Positions 47,481-57,639 of a stretch of DNA of 64,000 nt are shown here, in pieces. A program made the position numbers and the translations under genes. Below the pieces are notes generated by a model that made no database searches, was not told the origin of the DNA, and saw only the letters and a program-made list of their open reading frames with translations. Origin of the DNA: Longimicrobiales bacterium (GTDB taxonomy: Bacteria; Gemmatimonadota; Gemmatimonadetes; Longimicrobiales; Gaopeijiaceae); the NCBI GenBank assembly GCA_965248195.1, contig CBDFIQ010000002.1, forward strand, positions 64,001 to 128,000, in the 5' to 3' direction. Positions within the stretch are counted from its first letter, which is position 1; every line of letters begins with the position of its first letter.

Positions 47481-48529
47481 GCGACTCATCCCAATCGGTG
47501 CGGATCGTCATCGCCAGCTATCTGGAGCCACACCATGTGGATCGCATTCGTGCGGTGAATCCACGCCTCGAGGTCGTGTACGAGCCTCACCTGCTTCCGC
47601 GGCCGCGGTTTGCGGCGGACCATGTGGGGCACACGTTCGAGCGTCCGGAGGAGGACGAGAAGCGTTGGTTGTCTCTGCTCGCCGAGGCCGAGGTCCTGTT
47701 CGATTTCGACCGAACTCACCTGGAGGATCTCCCGGAGCTGGCACCCTCGCTGAGGTGGATCCAGGCGACGAGCGCCGGGATCGGCCAACTCGTCGCCCGG
47801 CATCGGTACGTGGAGCGCATGCCTAACGCCGTGTTCACGACGGCCAGTGGGGTCCATGCGATACCCCTGGCCGAGTACGCCCTGATGTCCATCCTCATTT
47901 TCCGGAAGAGGGTCCCTGGGATGCTCACCGATCAGCGGGAACGCCGGTGGGAGCCCTTCGCCTCGACCGATCTCACGAAGCGGAGTCTTGCCGTCGTGGG
48001 GATGGGCTCGATCGGGCGGGAGGTGGCTCGTGTGGCATCGGAGTTCGGAATGCGGACCATCGGCGTGAAGCGGACCGTGGCCGGGGTCGACCCTGCTTCT
48101 CTTCACCTGGAGACTCTTTACCCGTTCGATGAACTCCACGCGGCCCTCCGCGGAGCCGAGCACCTCGTATTATCGGCTCCCCACACGCCCGAGACGGAGG
48201 GGCTGATAGGAGCGGCCGAGCTCGCTCTGCTCGCTCCCGGTGCCATCCTCGTCAACGTGGCACGTGGCGCGCTCGTCGACGAATCCGCCTTGGTCGACGC
48301 CCTCGAGTCGGGTCACATCGGAGGGGCGGCGCTCGACGTGTTCCAAGAGGAACCGCTCCCCGCCGACTCCCCGTTCTGGATGATGCCGAACGTGTTCGTC
48401 TGCTCGCATTCGGCGGGAACGAGCGACCGCGAGAACGAGAGGATTATGGATATCTTCTGCGAGAACCTTCTCCGGTACCTTGCGGACGAGCCACTACTGA
48501 ACGTGCTGGATGCGGCCAGGATGTACTAG
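47477..48529 (+). CDS. D-2-hydroxyacid dehydrogenase
   Basis: GMGSIG, PHTPET, NVARG, LDVFQEEPL, SH. Confidence 0.92.
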   Translation: MSDSSQSVRIVIASYLEPHHVDRIRAVNPRLEVVYEPHLLPRPRFAADHVGHTFERPEEDEKRWLSLLAEAEVLFDFDRTHLEDLPELAPSLRWIQATSAGIGQLVARHRYVERMPNAVFTTASGVHAIPLAEYALMSILIFRKRVPGMLTDQRERRWEPFASTDLTKRSLAVVGMGSIGREVARVASEFGMRTIGVKRTVAGVDPASLHLETLYPFDELHAALRGAEHLVLSAPHTPETEGLIGAAELALLAPGAILVNVARGALVDESALVDALESGHIGGAALDVFQEEPLPADSPFWMMPNVFVCSHSAGTSDRENERIMDIFCENLLRYLADEPLLNVLDAARMY

Positions 48530-48643
48530 ATCCTCCTTCGTTCGTATCATGGTGTAGGCTACGGCCCTCCCCGTTATTGGGGTTTTGAGCATGATCACGC
48601 GAGGGGGCTTCTTCGCGCCGACCCCCCCCTTTGCCGGACGGAG

Positions 48644-50410
48644 GTGACAATGCGTCGCACGCGACCGTTTGCGACCCTTTTCGCGGCATCCCTTGTTAGT
48701 GCTTGTGCGGGGGCTACGCCGCCGCCCGTTGCTTCGCCCATTCTCGAGCCAGAGCCGCCGGCGCTTGCCGTTCCCGATCCCGGCGTCGATTACGATCTGA
48801 TCATCGAGAATGGCCGGGTCGTGGATGGTACGGGGAGCGCGTGGTTTTATGGCGACGTGGCCGTGAAGGACGGCCGGATCGCTCGGATCACGCCGGGCGG
48901 CCTGCTGAGGGGCGCGACGGCGACCGAGAGGGTGGATGCCCGTGGGCACGTGGTATCGCCCGGCTTCATCGACATTCAGAGCCAGTCCCGCTACGCCCTG
49001 TTGTCGGGCGACAGCCGAGTCATCAGCAAGGTCACTCAAGGCGTCACCACCGAGATCATGGGGGAGGGGACGACAACGGCTCCGGTCAATCCGAGCTACC
49101 TCGCCCCGCCCACGGACGCCGACTCGGAGGCTGACCGCCAGGCCCGACTTTTCTCGGGGGAGCGGGGGTTCGACCAGTGGCTTCGGGCCATGGAGGCCCG
49201 GGGTACCTCCGTAAACCAGGGATCCTTCCTCGGGGGTGGCACGCTCCGCGCATATGCCGTCGGATCGCGGATGGGGGAAGCCAGTCCGGCCGAGCTGGAC
49301 TCGATGAAGGCGGTGGTGCGCAGAGCCATGGAGGACGGCGCTTTCGGCGTAGCGACCGCGCTGATCTATGCGCCGGGAAACTTCGCCTCCACCGCAGAGT
49401 TGGGAGAAGTCGCGGCGGCGATGGCCCCCTACGGTGGCGTTTACATCACCCACCTCCGCTCCGAGGCCAACAACCTTCTTCAAGCCATCGACGAGGCGAT
49501 CGAGATCGGAGCCCTTGGCGATGTGCCGGTGGAGATCTTTCATCTCAAGGCCGGCGGCCGGGAGAATTGGTCCAAGACGGCACAAGCCATCGCGAAGATC
49601 GATTCGGCGAGGGCCGCCGGCGTCGACGTTCAGGCGAACATGTATCCGTATGTGGCAGGCAGCACTGGGCTCACATCGTGTTTCCCGCCGTCGGCGTCGG
49701 CCAACGGGAGACTTTTCCGCAATCTAGCAGACACCGAAGCACGGGCGCGGATTCGGGCTGAGATCGAAAACCAGACTGAGGACTGGGAGAACCTCTGTGC
49801 CCTGGCGGCGCCGCGCGGGGTGCTCCTTCTCGGCTTCGACAACGCGGAAAACCGGCGAAAGTACTCCGGGCGTTATCTGGACGACGTTGCGCGGGAGTTC
49901 GGCAAAGACTGGATCGAGACCGCGATGGACCTGGTCCTCGACGAGCGTCAACGGATCGGCACCGTCTTCTTCATGATGAGTGAGGACAACGTCCGGCTTC
50001 AGATCAGACAGCCGTGGATGAAATTCGGTACCGATGCGGGGGGGGTGAATCCCCGGACTACCACGGCTCTGATTCACCCGAGGTCGTACGGCACCTACAC
50101 CCGGATCCTTGGCCGGTACGTTAGAGAGCAGGGTGTCGTGCCCCTTGAAGACGCTATCCGAAAGATGTCTTCAGCAGTCGCAACACGTCTGTCGATTCCT
50201 GATCGGGGTGTGCTCCGTGAGGGTTTTTATGCCGACGTCGTCATTTTCAACCCAGAGACCGTCATCGACAGGGCCACGTACGAAGATCCCCACCAGGTCT
50301 CGGACGGGATCCGAGACGTTTTCGTGAACGGCGTGGCCGTTGTTCGGGGAGGCGCGCACACGGGTGCCAAGCCGGGCATGATCGTGCGAGGGCCCGGGTA
50401 TCGCCCCTGA
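48644..50410 (+). CDS. N-acyl-D-amino-acid deacylase (amidohydrolase), lipoprotein
   Basis: NGRVVDGTG, SPGFID, HLRSE, HPRSYGTYTRILG; lipobox VSAC. Confidence 0.88.
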   Translation: MTMRRTRPFATLFAASLVSACAGATPPPVASPILEPEPPALAVPDPGVDYDLIIENGRVVDGTGSAWFYGDVAVKDGRIARITPGGLLRGATATERVDARGHVVSPGFIDIQSQSRYALLSGDSRVISKVTQGVTTEIMGEGTTTAPVNPSYLAPPTDADSEADRQARLFSGERGFDQWLRAMEARGTSVNQGSFLGGGTLRAYAVGSRMGEASPAELDSMKAVVRRAMEDGAFGVATALIYAPGNFASTAELGEVAAAMAPYGGVYITHLRSEANNLLQAIDEAIEIGALGDVPVEIFHLKAGGRENWSKTAQAIAKIDSARAAGVDVQANMYPYVAGSTGLTSCFPPSASANGRLFRNLADTEARARIRAEIENQTEDWENLCALAAPRGVLLLGFDNAENRRKYSGRYLDDVAREFGKDWIETAMDLVLDERQRIGTVFFMMSEDNVRLQIRQPWMKFGTDAGGVNPRTTTALIHPRSYGTYTRILGRYVREQGVVPLEDAIRKMSSAVATRLSIPDRGVLREGFYADVVIFNPETVIDRATYEDPHQVSDGIRDVFVNGVAVVRGGAHTGAKPGMIVRGPGYRP

Positions 50411-50413
50411 CCC

Positions 50414-50439
50414 TGAAACACTTTCTCTCCACAAACGTA
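50414..50439 (+). promoter_or_regulatory. ECF (SigW-type) promoter
   Basis: TGAAAC-N16-CGTA. Confidence 0.6.
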
Positions 50440-50506
50440 TTAGGTAAGCAAGAGTTCGAGGGGAGAGGATCGATTGGGACGGGTCCGGTGAGGAAGGAGG
50501 CGGAAG

Positions 50507-50668
50507 ATGAGCATCGAGCAGAAGATCCGAAAACTACTTAAGGCAGCATGCAGGGTGGAACGCGAGGGAGACCTGCACGTGGCGGAGGTGCTCAGGAAAA
50601 TGGCCGTAGAATCCCTTCCGGCTGGCGGAATACAGACGCTTCCATCCTTCGAATGTCCTGAAGACTGA
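50507..50668 (+). CDS. 53-aa small protein MSIEQKIRKLLKAACRVEREGDLHVAEVLRKMAVESLPAGGIQTLPSFECPED
   Basis: AAGGAGG RBS, upstream ECF promoter, downstream terminator. Confidence 0.65.
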   Translation: MSIEQKIRKLLKAACRVEREGDLHVAEVLRKMAVESLPAGGIQTLPSFECPED

Positions 50669-50694
50669 GTTGTTACTCCCGTTCGAGGCCTCGG

Positions 50695-50725
50695 GCGCCG
50701 CCTTCCCAAGGGCGGCGCTTTTTTT
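50695..50725 (+). terminator. Rho-independent terminator
   Basis: GCGCCGCC...GGCGGCGC followed by T7. Confidence 0.8.
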
Positions 50726-51493
50726 CTAGGCGGAGGCGGACGGACCTCCGGTGGTGGGAGACATGACCCCCACGCGCTTCCTCTTCGAACGGGTTCGCTT
50801 AGCCCGGAGATTCAAAGACTCCACGAAGACCGAAAAACCCATCGCGAAGTAGATGTACCCCTTGGGGAAGTGGAAACCCACGCCCTCGGCAATGAGGCTC
50901 GTTCCGATGAGAAGCAGAAAACTCAGGGCGAGCATCTTCACCGTGGGATAATTGGATACGAAGTTCCCGACCGGGCCGGCCGAAATCATCATGACGCCCA
51001 CGGCCAGGATCACGGCCGTGACCATGACGGCTAAGTCGTCGGCCATGCCGACGGCCGTGATGACGGAGTCGAGCGAAAAAACCATGTCCAGGATCGCGAT
51101 CTGGGTCAGTACGCCGACGAACGTCGCCGCTTTGCTGCCGCCTCTTCCCTCGTCACCCTCGCCCTCCATCTTGTGGTGGATCTCGCGCGTGGACTTGGTC
51201 AGGAGAAAGAGACCACCCACGATCAAGATGAGATCGCGCCCCGACACGCCGTGCTCGAAAAGGGTGAACAGCACTGTGGTGAGCCGCATGATCAGCGTGA
51301 TGGTGAAGAGCAACAGGATCCGCGTGAGCATCGCCAGTGCCAGTCCTACCTGACGGGCCTTAGGCCGTTGTTCAGGTGGAAGCCGGTCGGCCAGGACGGT
51401 GATGAAGACAATGTTGTCGATCCCGAGAACGATCTCGAGTGTCGTGAGCGTGGCCAGTGCGATCCACGCTTCAGGGCTGGTCAAGAGGTCCAT
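50726..51493 (-). CDS. TerC-family membrane protein
   Basis: LEIVLGIDNIVFI, DMVFSLDSVITAVG, KGYIYFAMGFS. Confidence 0.93.
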   Translation of the reverse strand: MDLLTSPEAWIALATLTTLEIVLGIDNIVFITVLADRLPPEQRPKARQVGLALAMLTRILLLFTITLIMRLTTVLFTLFEHGVSGRDLILIVGGLFLLTKSTREIHHKMEGEGDEGRGGSKAATFVGVLTQIAILDMVFSLDSVITAVGMADDLAVMVTAVILAVGVMMISAGPVGNFVSNYPTVKMLALSFLLLIGTSLIAEGVGFHFPKGYIYFAMGFSVFVESLNLRAKRTRSKRKRVGVMSPTTGGPSASA

Positions 51494-51739
51494 CCCACAA
51501 TTATGTACGAGGCGCGGAGTGCGAAAAAGAGGTGCACCCTGCGACGCTCGATTGGATTCGATGATTGATGGCGTTCCAACAACCGTACCTCCGCCGGGAT
51601 CTCAAATAATGAAGAGCCGGACACGTCGGTGCTCGAGCCGAGCGAATTTCATGCTCGTCGTGCCCCCAGTTGACCGCGAGCCGATCGAGCGTAGTTGGTC
51701 GAGAAAGCTCTGGAGCACCAGACTCAATACCGAGATGCA

Positions 51740-53882
51740 ATGGACCTGGCGCCCGTGAGGCGGATCGACGCTGAAGTGGATGACGCGATCGATTTGGTGA
51801 ATCAGATGGTGCGCCACGCGCAGTCCGGCGATGGCGACGCGTTCGAGGGTGTCTACCGGGCCCATGTGGGGCGGATTCACGCGCTCTGTTTACGCATGAG
51901 CGGGGATGCACAGCACGCCGAATCTTTGACGCAGGACGTGTTCGTAACGGAACCTGTCAACGACAATGGGACACTCTACGGGATTAATTAGAGAGCAATA
52001 TCCTGTGTGGTGAGGGAAGGGATGGGAGGATTGATGTAGATGGCCTCCGGGAGCGGTTTGGGCTTCGGCACACCTGTGACGAAGCGTTCGGGATGAGCGG
52101 CCCATGCTTCGCGGAGCACGGATTTCCTGCCGGCAATGACCTGATCGGCGTTCCCGAAGTGGACCTGCTCGGGGGTTAGCATCGAGATACCGCCATGGCG
52201 GTGCTCGGCATTGTACCAGCGGAAGAACGATCGACACAACGTCTTGGCCTGGCCCTGATCCCCGAACCGCCCGGGAAACGAGGGATGGTACTTCAAGGTT
52301 TTGAACTGAGCCTCGGAAAACGGGTTGTCATCCGACACCTGAGGCCGGCTCAACGAGCGAGTCACGCCGAGGTCAGCGAGAAGTTGAGCGGTGCATTGGC
52401 TCGTCATTGGAGCTCCCCGATCCGAGTGCAGGGTCAGGACCCGGGGCTGGACGCCATGCTTCAGGCAGCTCTGCTGGATCAACCGGCCGGCCAGGGCCGA
52501 GTTCTCCCGGTCCGCCACCATCCAGCCCACGACGTAGCGGCTGTAGATGTCCATGATGACGTAGAGGTAGTAATAGCTCCACTTCTTCGGCCCGAGTAGC
52601 CGCGTGATATCCCAGGACCACACCTGGTTCGGCGCCGTGGCCATCAACTCGGGCTTCTTGTACTCGGGATGGGTGCGCTGCGCCCGGCGTTCCTGAACCG
52701 GCACCTCGGAGGCCAGAACACGATACATCGTGCGTTCGCTGCACAGGTAGACCTCTTCGTCGAGCAGCGTGGCCACCACCTCGGCGGGTGAGCGGTCCAC
52801 GAACCGCTCCGAACACAGCGTGTCGAAGACCTCGCCTCGTTCCGTCTCGCTCAATGCCCGGGCGGGCGTCGGGCGGGGCTGCCGTTGCCCGGTCGATGGG
52901 CCTCGACGACGGTAGAACGTCGATCGGGAGACCTCGAGAGCCGCGCACGCCGGTTTTACACCGACGTGCTTAGCCAGCTCATCGGCCGCCTTCAAGAGTT
53001 CGTCCCGTCGTCGAGGCTTATCCCCAGCAGCCCCGCAACTTTTCCCTGCACGTCGATGATCAGGTGTGCCTTCCTGAGCTCATTCTCGAGCCGTGCGTTT
53101 TGCCGCTCCAGCTTGCGTACCTTCTCATCCAGCGGATTCCGCTCCGGCTTGCGGCCGCGTTTCTTCGACAGGGCCTTCAGCGACCCGCTATGCGCCGCCT
53201 TGCGCCACGTCGTCAGGTGCGACGAGTACAGGCCCTCGCGCCGCAGGAGCTGACCCACCTCGCCGGGCTCGGTGCACCGGTCCGCTTCTTCGACGATCCG
53301 CAGCTTGTACGATGGACTGAACCGCCGGCGTAGCGGCCTATCTATTACCTCCGGGTCCGCAGGAGCTGCCGCGCTTCGCTTGGCCTCCCCGATTCCAGGG
53401 GCACTACCATTCTCTTCCATTCTCTCTCGCAGTCCCAACATGTTCGTTTTCTCTGCCTTCGCCCTACTCTAATTCTTTGCGTGCTCCGTGTCTCACGTAC
53501 GTTGGCAGAGAGGGTAAGGGCCTGGGAGAAGCTCTCGAGCTTCCGCGGGGAGAGCCAGTTTTCGACTTGGCTGCACCGCCTGGCCATCAACGTGGTCTTG
53601 CAGGATCGGCGATCACGGGGTCGCAGACAGGCTCGGGAGAACACGGTGGAGGATCTGGAGCATTACGCAACAGCGGTGACGCAGGCGATGCCCGGAACGA
53701 AGGTGGACCTCGAGCGGGCCATCGCCGGCTTGCCGCCCGGCGTGCGGGGGGTCTTGGTGCTCAAGGACGTACAGGGTTTCAAGTACCGCGAGATTGCCGA
53801 GATGAAGGGCGTGAGCCTCGGCACGGTAAAGGCACAAATCCACAGGGCCAGGAAACTGGTCCAAGAGGCGTTGGAGCGATGA
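51740..53882 (+). pseudogene. ECF sigma-70 factor interrupted by IS3
   Basis: Halves rejoin as LTQDVFV|RAWEKLSSFRGESQFSTWLHRLAIN; region 4 YREIAEMKGVSLGTVKAQIHRAR. Confidence 0.92.
51948..53514 (-). mobile_element. IS3-family element copy 2 (1567 bp), 3-bp target duplication TAA
   Basis: TAA at 51945-51947 and 53515-53517; OrfB 51988-52995, OrfA 52992-53441. Confidence 0.95.
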
Positions 53883-54622
53883 CCAGACACATCGATGATA
53901 CACGGCTGAACGACTACCTCGAGGGCTTCGTTACGGAGGAGGTCGCACGAGCCGTAGCCGCGCATTTGGCGGAGTGCGAGAAGTGTTCGGGGCGGTTGGA
54001 GGCTCTGACCGAGCTCCTCTCGGAGTTGGCTGGATTGCCCGAGGACGCCATGCCGACCCGGGATCTGTGGACCGGCGTCCGGGCCGGGATCGAAGCAGGC
54101 TTGGATCACGGTGGAGTAGAGAATCAAGAAACCGTGGATGACGAGGGTGTCGCCATACCGATCCAGCGTGGGTGGTCCGCTGGGACCCGGCGATTCTCGT
54201 TTTCGGCCGCTCAACTTCTGGCCGCCTCCGTCGTATGGACTCTACTGTCCGGTGGAACCGTGTGGATGGCCCTCACCGGTGGGGCGGAGGAAGAGGCGGT
54301 GGCTGCGACCGACATCACGCCGCTGGCTGGAGACCGCGGCGGGTTTGGAAGCATCCTGCCCGCCATGCAGGTGGCGACCGCCGAGTATGAGCAAGCAATC
54401 GCGAGCCTCGAAGCGATTCTCGAACAGGGGCGAGACCGGTTGGATCCTCAGACCGTCGCGACCATCGAAGCGAGCCTAGGCATCATCGATCGAGCCATCG
54501 GGGAGGCGCGTCGGGCGCTTGCGGACGATCCCAACAATCCCGCTCTCAATCGGCTTCTGATCAAGCACGAACAGTCCAAGCTGAGGGTGCTCCGCCAGGC
54601 ATCAGCAGCCGTACAGATTTGA
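53879..54622 (+). CDS. Zinc-finger anti-sigma factor
   Basis: HLAECEKC (HxxxCxxC), one TM helix; ATGA overlap with the sigma gene. Confidence 0.88.
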   Translation: MTRHIDDTRLNDYLEGFVTEEVARAVAAHLAECEKCSGRLEALTELLSELAGLPEDAMPTRDLWTGVRAGIEAGLDHGGVENQETVDDEGVAIPIQRGWSAGTRRFSFSAAQLLAASVVWTLLSGGTVWMALTGGAEEEAVAATDITPLAGDRGGFGSILPAMQVATAEYEQAIASLEAILEQGRDRLDPQTVATIEASLGIIDRAIGEARRALADDPNNPALNRLLIKHEQSKLRVLRQASAAVQI

Positions 54623-54675
54623 TGCAGACCGATCGAAGAAGATGACAATTCGACCATGACAGAGAGTAACCAACC

Positions 54676-55539
54676 ATGACTGGAGCCATGATCGGGGCCC
54701 TGATGGCCCTCAGCTTAGTTCAGCAGACCGACACCGTGATCGCGTTGGATGGGGCCACCGGTCTCGACATCGAGAATTCCGGGGGACGTATTTCCGTGAC
54801 CACATGGGATCGCCCCGAGATCCGAATTCAGGCGGACCATTCGCGCAGGTCGGTGATCGAGATACGACGGCGGCGCTCGGGCGTCATTTCTGTGGAAGCC
54901 GAATCGAATCTTCGTGGGGGATTCGCCTCGATCGTCGACTTCGATCTTACGGTTCCCGCTTCGCTGAACCTCTCCTTCGAAGGCTGGTCGACCGATATCA
55001 CGGTCGAGGGCTCCAGCGGGGAGATCGACGTGGAGACCTTTCAGGGGGACATCACCATCGTGGGTGGAAGGGGGTCCGTCACTGTGGAGACGGTGTCTGG
55101 TGAAATCCGCATCGACGGAGCGGAGGGGGTCATCGAGGCCAACTCGGTCGCAGAGGACATACGCGTCTCGAATTCCTCGGGGGAGGTATACGTTGAAACT
55201 GTGGGTGGCTCCATCATCATGGAGGGCATGTCTGCCACTGTCGTCGAAGCCGGGTCCGTGGGCGGACGCGTATCCTACGACGGAACCATAGTCGACGGCG
55301 GTGAATACTTCTTCGGCTCGCACGGCGGCACGGTCACGATCACAATCCCCGAGGCTTCCAACGCCTCGGTAAGCGTCGCGTCCATTCAGGGGAACATCTC
55401 GTCCGATTTTCCGGGGACCCCCGACCTGGAGAGAGGGGCCAGGAATAGGTTCACGATCGGGAATGGGGGAGCGAACATCGAGGTCGAGACGTTTGGTGGA
55501 CGGATCCTGCTTCGGCGTCAGAACGGCGACGGCCTCTAA
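54676..55539 (+). CDS. DUF4097 / putative adhesin beta-repeat protein
   Basis: Signal peptide; repeated VET.SG.I strands. Confidence 0.85.
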   Translation: MTGAMIGALMALSLVQQTDTVIALDGATGLDIENSGGRISVTTWDRPEIRIQADHSRRSVIEIRRRRSGVISVEAESNLRGGFASIVDFDLTVPASLNLSFEGWSTDITVEGSSGEIDVETFQGDITIVGGRGSVTVETVSGEIRIDGAEGVIEANSVAEDIRVSNSSGEVYVETVGGSIIMEGMSATVVEAGSVGGRVSYDGTIVDGGEYFFGSHGGTVTITIPEASNASVSVASIQGNISSDFPGTPDLERGARNRFTIGNGGANIEVETFGGRILLRRQNGDGL

Positions 55540-55619
55540 CACGGGTGCGGCGGTTCTCCGCCGGTAGTGGCTCTCCCGGCCACTGCCGCGGATCGTTCGG
55601 CGGTAGGAGGCACCGTCCG

Positions 55620-55648
55620 TGCAACTTATGGCAGCCGAATCTCGTCTA
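55620..55648 (+). promoter_or_regulatory. ECF-type promoter upstream of the ABC ATPase
   Basis: TGCAAC-N17-CGTCTA. Confidence 0.5.
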
Positions 55649-55731
55649 TACCTGAGAGTGTCGGGGGCTGCCCTCGACGCGGACGGTCGGTCGGGCCGAC
55701 GTCCGATTATCGGAAAACCAAGGGGAATGGG

Positions 55732-56457
55732 ATGGAGACCAGGGACTCGGGCCAAGACTCGCCGCTCATCCAGCTGAATGGGCTTAGCAAAGTGTTCTAT
55801 ACCGAAGAGGTGGAGACCCACGCGCTTTCTGAGATCCAACTGAGCATCGCCCCGGGCGAGTTCGTGTCGATAGCCGGCCCCTCGGGTTGCGGCAAGACCA
55901 CGATGCTCTCGATCCTCGGGCTCCTTGATTCCCCGACGGGAGGGGAATATCTGCTCGATGGGGACCCGGTGGCGAATCTGACCGCCTCCCAGCGAGCGAA
56001 GATCCGAAACCAGGCCATCGGTTTCATCTTTCAGGCGTTCAACTTGATCGGTGACTTGACCGTCTATGAGAACGTGGAGCTTCCCCTTACGTACAGGGGC
56101 ATGGCCGGAAGTGAGCGTAAGGAGCGGGTGCAAGCATCGCTCGAAAGAGTCGGGATGGCCCACCGAATGAGGCACTACCCGAGCCAGCTGTCGGGAGGTC
56201 AACAGCAGCGGGTGGCGGTAGCGTGCGCGATCGTCGGAAAACCGCTCATTCTCCTGGCAGACGAGCCGACGGGTAACCTCGATTCCAAGAACGGCAACGC
56301 CGTCATGGAGCTGATGAAGGAGCTACACGACGAGGGAGCCACGATCTGCATGGTGACGCACGATCCGCGATACTCGGCGGTGGCGGAGCGGGCGGTCCAC
56401 CTATTCGACGGGCAGGTCGTGGACGAGAAAGAGGCTCAGCGCGCGGTGGGAGTCTAG
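55732..56457 (+). CDS. ABC transporter ATP-binding protein (LolD/MacB type)
   Basis: GPSGCGKT, LSGGQQQRVA, ADEPTGNLD, VTHD. Confidence 0.93.
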   Translation: METRDSGQDSPLIQLNGLSKVFYTEEVETHALSEIQLSIAPGEFVSIAGPSGCGKTTMLSILGLLDSPTGGEYLLDGDPVANLTASQRAKIRNQAIGFIFQAFNLIGDLTVYENVELPLTYRGMAGSERKERVQASLERVGMAHRMRHYPSQLSGGQQQRVAVACAIVGKPLILLADEPTGNLDSKNGNAVMELMKELHDEGATICMVTHDPRYSAVAERAVHLFDGQVVDEKEAQRAVGV

Positions 56458-56583
56458 GACAGGGTCTTACTCCCCTCCCGGTTGGTTGGGTGGCTGATGG
56501 AAGGGCCTCTGAGAGATCCCCAAGAGCCGACGGGTCTGCCTGGAAGAAGGTTCGGCCAAATCCGACCTTGATCGTTCTCCTGT

Positions 56584-57630
56584 ATGGACCCATCGTCTAC
56601 CATGAGCCGGCAAGTCGATTCGGGCGCGGTCACGTTGGCCGCGCCTCCGCGGGGCCGAGAAGCCGAAGGCGGCGGGCCCACCGTCACCGTGGTTATCCCC
56701 GTGTACTTCGCGGAGGCCACCATCGGCCGCCTTGCGGAAGCCGTGATCGATGCTTTTGGGCCGCGTCCTGGGCTTCAGCTGGTACTCGTGAACGACGGAA
56801 GCACGGACGGGACGCATGCCGAGTGCGAGCGATTGGTAGAAGATCACCCCGACGTCGTGACCTACGTTCGCCTCGCTCGGAACTTCGGTGAGCACAACGC
56901 CGTGATGGCCGGCCTCCATCGTGCGGAGGGCGAATATGTTCTCATCATGGACGATGACTTCCAGAATGATCCGGCGGATGCCGTTCGGCTCGTAGAGGAG
57001 GCCCGCGCCGGGGATTTCGATATCGTCTACTCCCGCTACCCCAAGCGGCGCCACAGCCTGACTCGTGTCCTGGGCAGCAAGTTCAACGGTTGGGTTGCCA
57101 ACTTCATGATCGACAAGCCGCCCGACCTCTACTTGTCCAGCTTCAAGTGCATGCGCCATTGGCTGGTCCAGGAAATCCTCTCGTACCAGGGACCGTTCCC
57201 CTATCTGGATGGGCTTGCCCTCCGGTGTACTCGGAACATCGGGCGGGTCACAGTCGAACAGGGCGAGCGAACGGCGGGCGAATCCGGTTATACGTCGAGG
57301 AAGCTCATGCGTCTATGGGGCAACATGTTCGTGAATTTTTCTGTCATGCCACTCCGCACGAGTACGGTTTTGGGTGGGCTTCTTGTGGTTGTCGCGGTGG
57401 TCCTGAGCCTGGTTGTCCTATTCGAGACGATTTCCGGACGGCCTCTGCCCTCCGGTTGGCCGTTCCTCGCGATCGTCGTCATCTTCTTCTCCGGAGGACA
57501 GCTTCTGATACTCGGCATCATCGGCGAGTATTTGGGCCGGCTCTTCCTCACCGCGAATCGCACACCACAGTTCGTGGTCCGTGAGGAGAAGGGCCGCTCC
57601 GTCGAGGATCGACAGGGAACCGGTGGCTGA
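56584..57630 (+). CDS. GT2 polyprenol-phosphate glycosyltransferase (ArnC/GtrB-like)
   Basis: VVIPVY, VNDGSTD, RNFGEHNA, MDDDFQN, two C-terminal TM helices, GEYLGR. Confidence 0.92.
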   Translation: MDPSSTMSRQVDSGAVTLAAPPRGREAEGGGPTVTVVIPVYFAEATIGRLAEAVIDAFGPRPGLQLVLVNDGSTDGTHAECERLVEDHPDVVTYVRLARNFGEHNAVMAGLHRAEGEYVLIMDDDFQNDPADAVRLVEEARAGDFDIVYSRYPKRRHSLTRVLGSKFNGWVANFMIDKPPDLYLSSFKCMRHWLVQEILSYQGPFPYLDGLALRCTRNIGRVTVEQGERTAGESGYTSRKLMRLWGNMFVNFSVMPLRTSTVLGGLLVVVAVVLSLVVLFETISGRPLPSGWPFLAIVVIFFSGGQLLILGIIGEYLGRLFLTANRTPQFVVREEKGRSVEDRQGTGG

Positions 57631-57639
57631 TCCTACATC

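Noticed and set aside
7291..53514. Composite transposon bounded by the two direct IS3 copies
   Set aside because: Each copy has its own target duplication (AGC, TAA), so they inserted independently.
54715..56202. Long antisense ORFs (this 495-aa one, also 40996-42324, 15116-16054, 17469-18503)
   Set aside because: Shadow frames of well-supported genes in high-GC DNA.
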